A DNA stretch of 64,000 nt, from assembly GCA_973895155.1 (NCBI GenBank), contig OZ316896.1, positions 2,542,001-2,606,000 of the forward strand, written 5' to 3'. Origin of the DNA: Marsupella aquatica (Eukaryota; Plantae; Marchantiophyta). Positions 63,677 through 64,000 of the stretch are shown here, one piece after another. Made by a program: the position numbers and the translations under genes. The notes below the pieces were generated by a model. It was not told the DNA's origin and did not search any database. It worked only from the letters and a program-made list of their open reading frames with translations. How positions within the stretch are numbered: the stretch's first letter is position 1; every line of letters starts with the position of its first letter.

Positions 63677-64000
63677 GTCTATTCCCTCCTCCAGTTCCAT
63701 GAGCACGTCCCTGGTTGCTTTACCAGAACTATGCCATTCATTGTAAAAGCTATGTTGAATTGCCCATGTACTTAGAGCTTTTGGGAACAAGGCGGTCGTC
63801 CCACCACATCTACTTAAATTGTACTGAGTAAAAAGTACAATATGAAGCTGAATTCTGAGTTAAAGCCGGGAGGAATAACTCTTGGTCGATTTTGCTCCAC
63901 TGCATTTCTATATAAGGGAATAGGAACAGAGTCGTTATTTAGATGATAGAGTCCATATTCAGTACATTCTGGGGAAACTTCAGTCAAATTGGTCATTGTT

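Overview
Eukaryotic nuclear DNA from a land plant, most likely a bryophyte such as a liverwort (inferred from gene content, GT-AG introns, TTTAGGG repeats and TE types). There are no prokaryotic systems such as CRISPR or operons. Apparently intact genes are an RS2Z-type SR splicing factor (+), a PX-domain EREX/EREL-like protein (+), an intronless F-box/kelch protein (-), an intronless Golgi-type SAM methyltransferase (-), a three-exon non-canonical NLR-like STAND protein (helical N-terminal domain, NB-ARC, Armadillo repeats; +) and the 5' part of a type II NAD(P)H dehydrogenase (NDA-like; +). Pseudogenes are a WAT1/UMAMIT transporter (-) and a SKP1-like gene (-). Intergenic space holds CRE-clade non-LTR retrotransposon pieces, solo LTRs, a ~1.5 kb element with AGT...ACT ends nested inside an older copy of itself, a non-autonomous Helitron, foldback MITEs and many degenerate tandem repeats. 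The best candidate for an undescribed system is the NB-ARC-ARM receptor with altered sensor-1, GLPL and MHD motifs. All calls come from manual translation and motif recognition; no searches were run.
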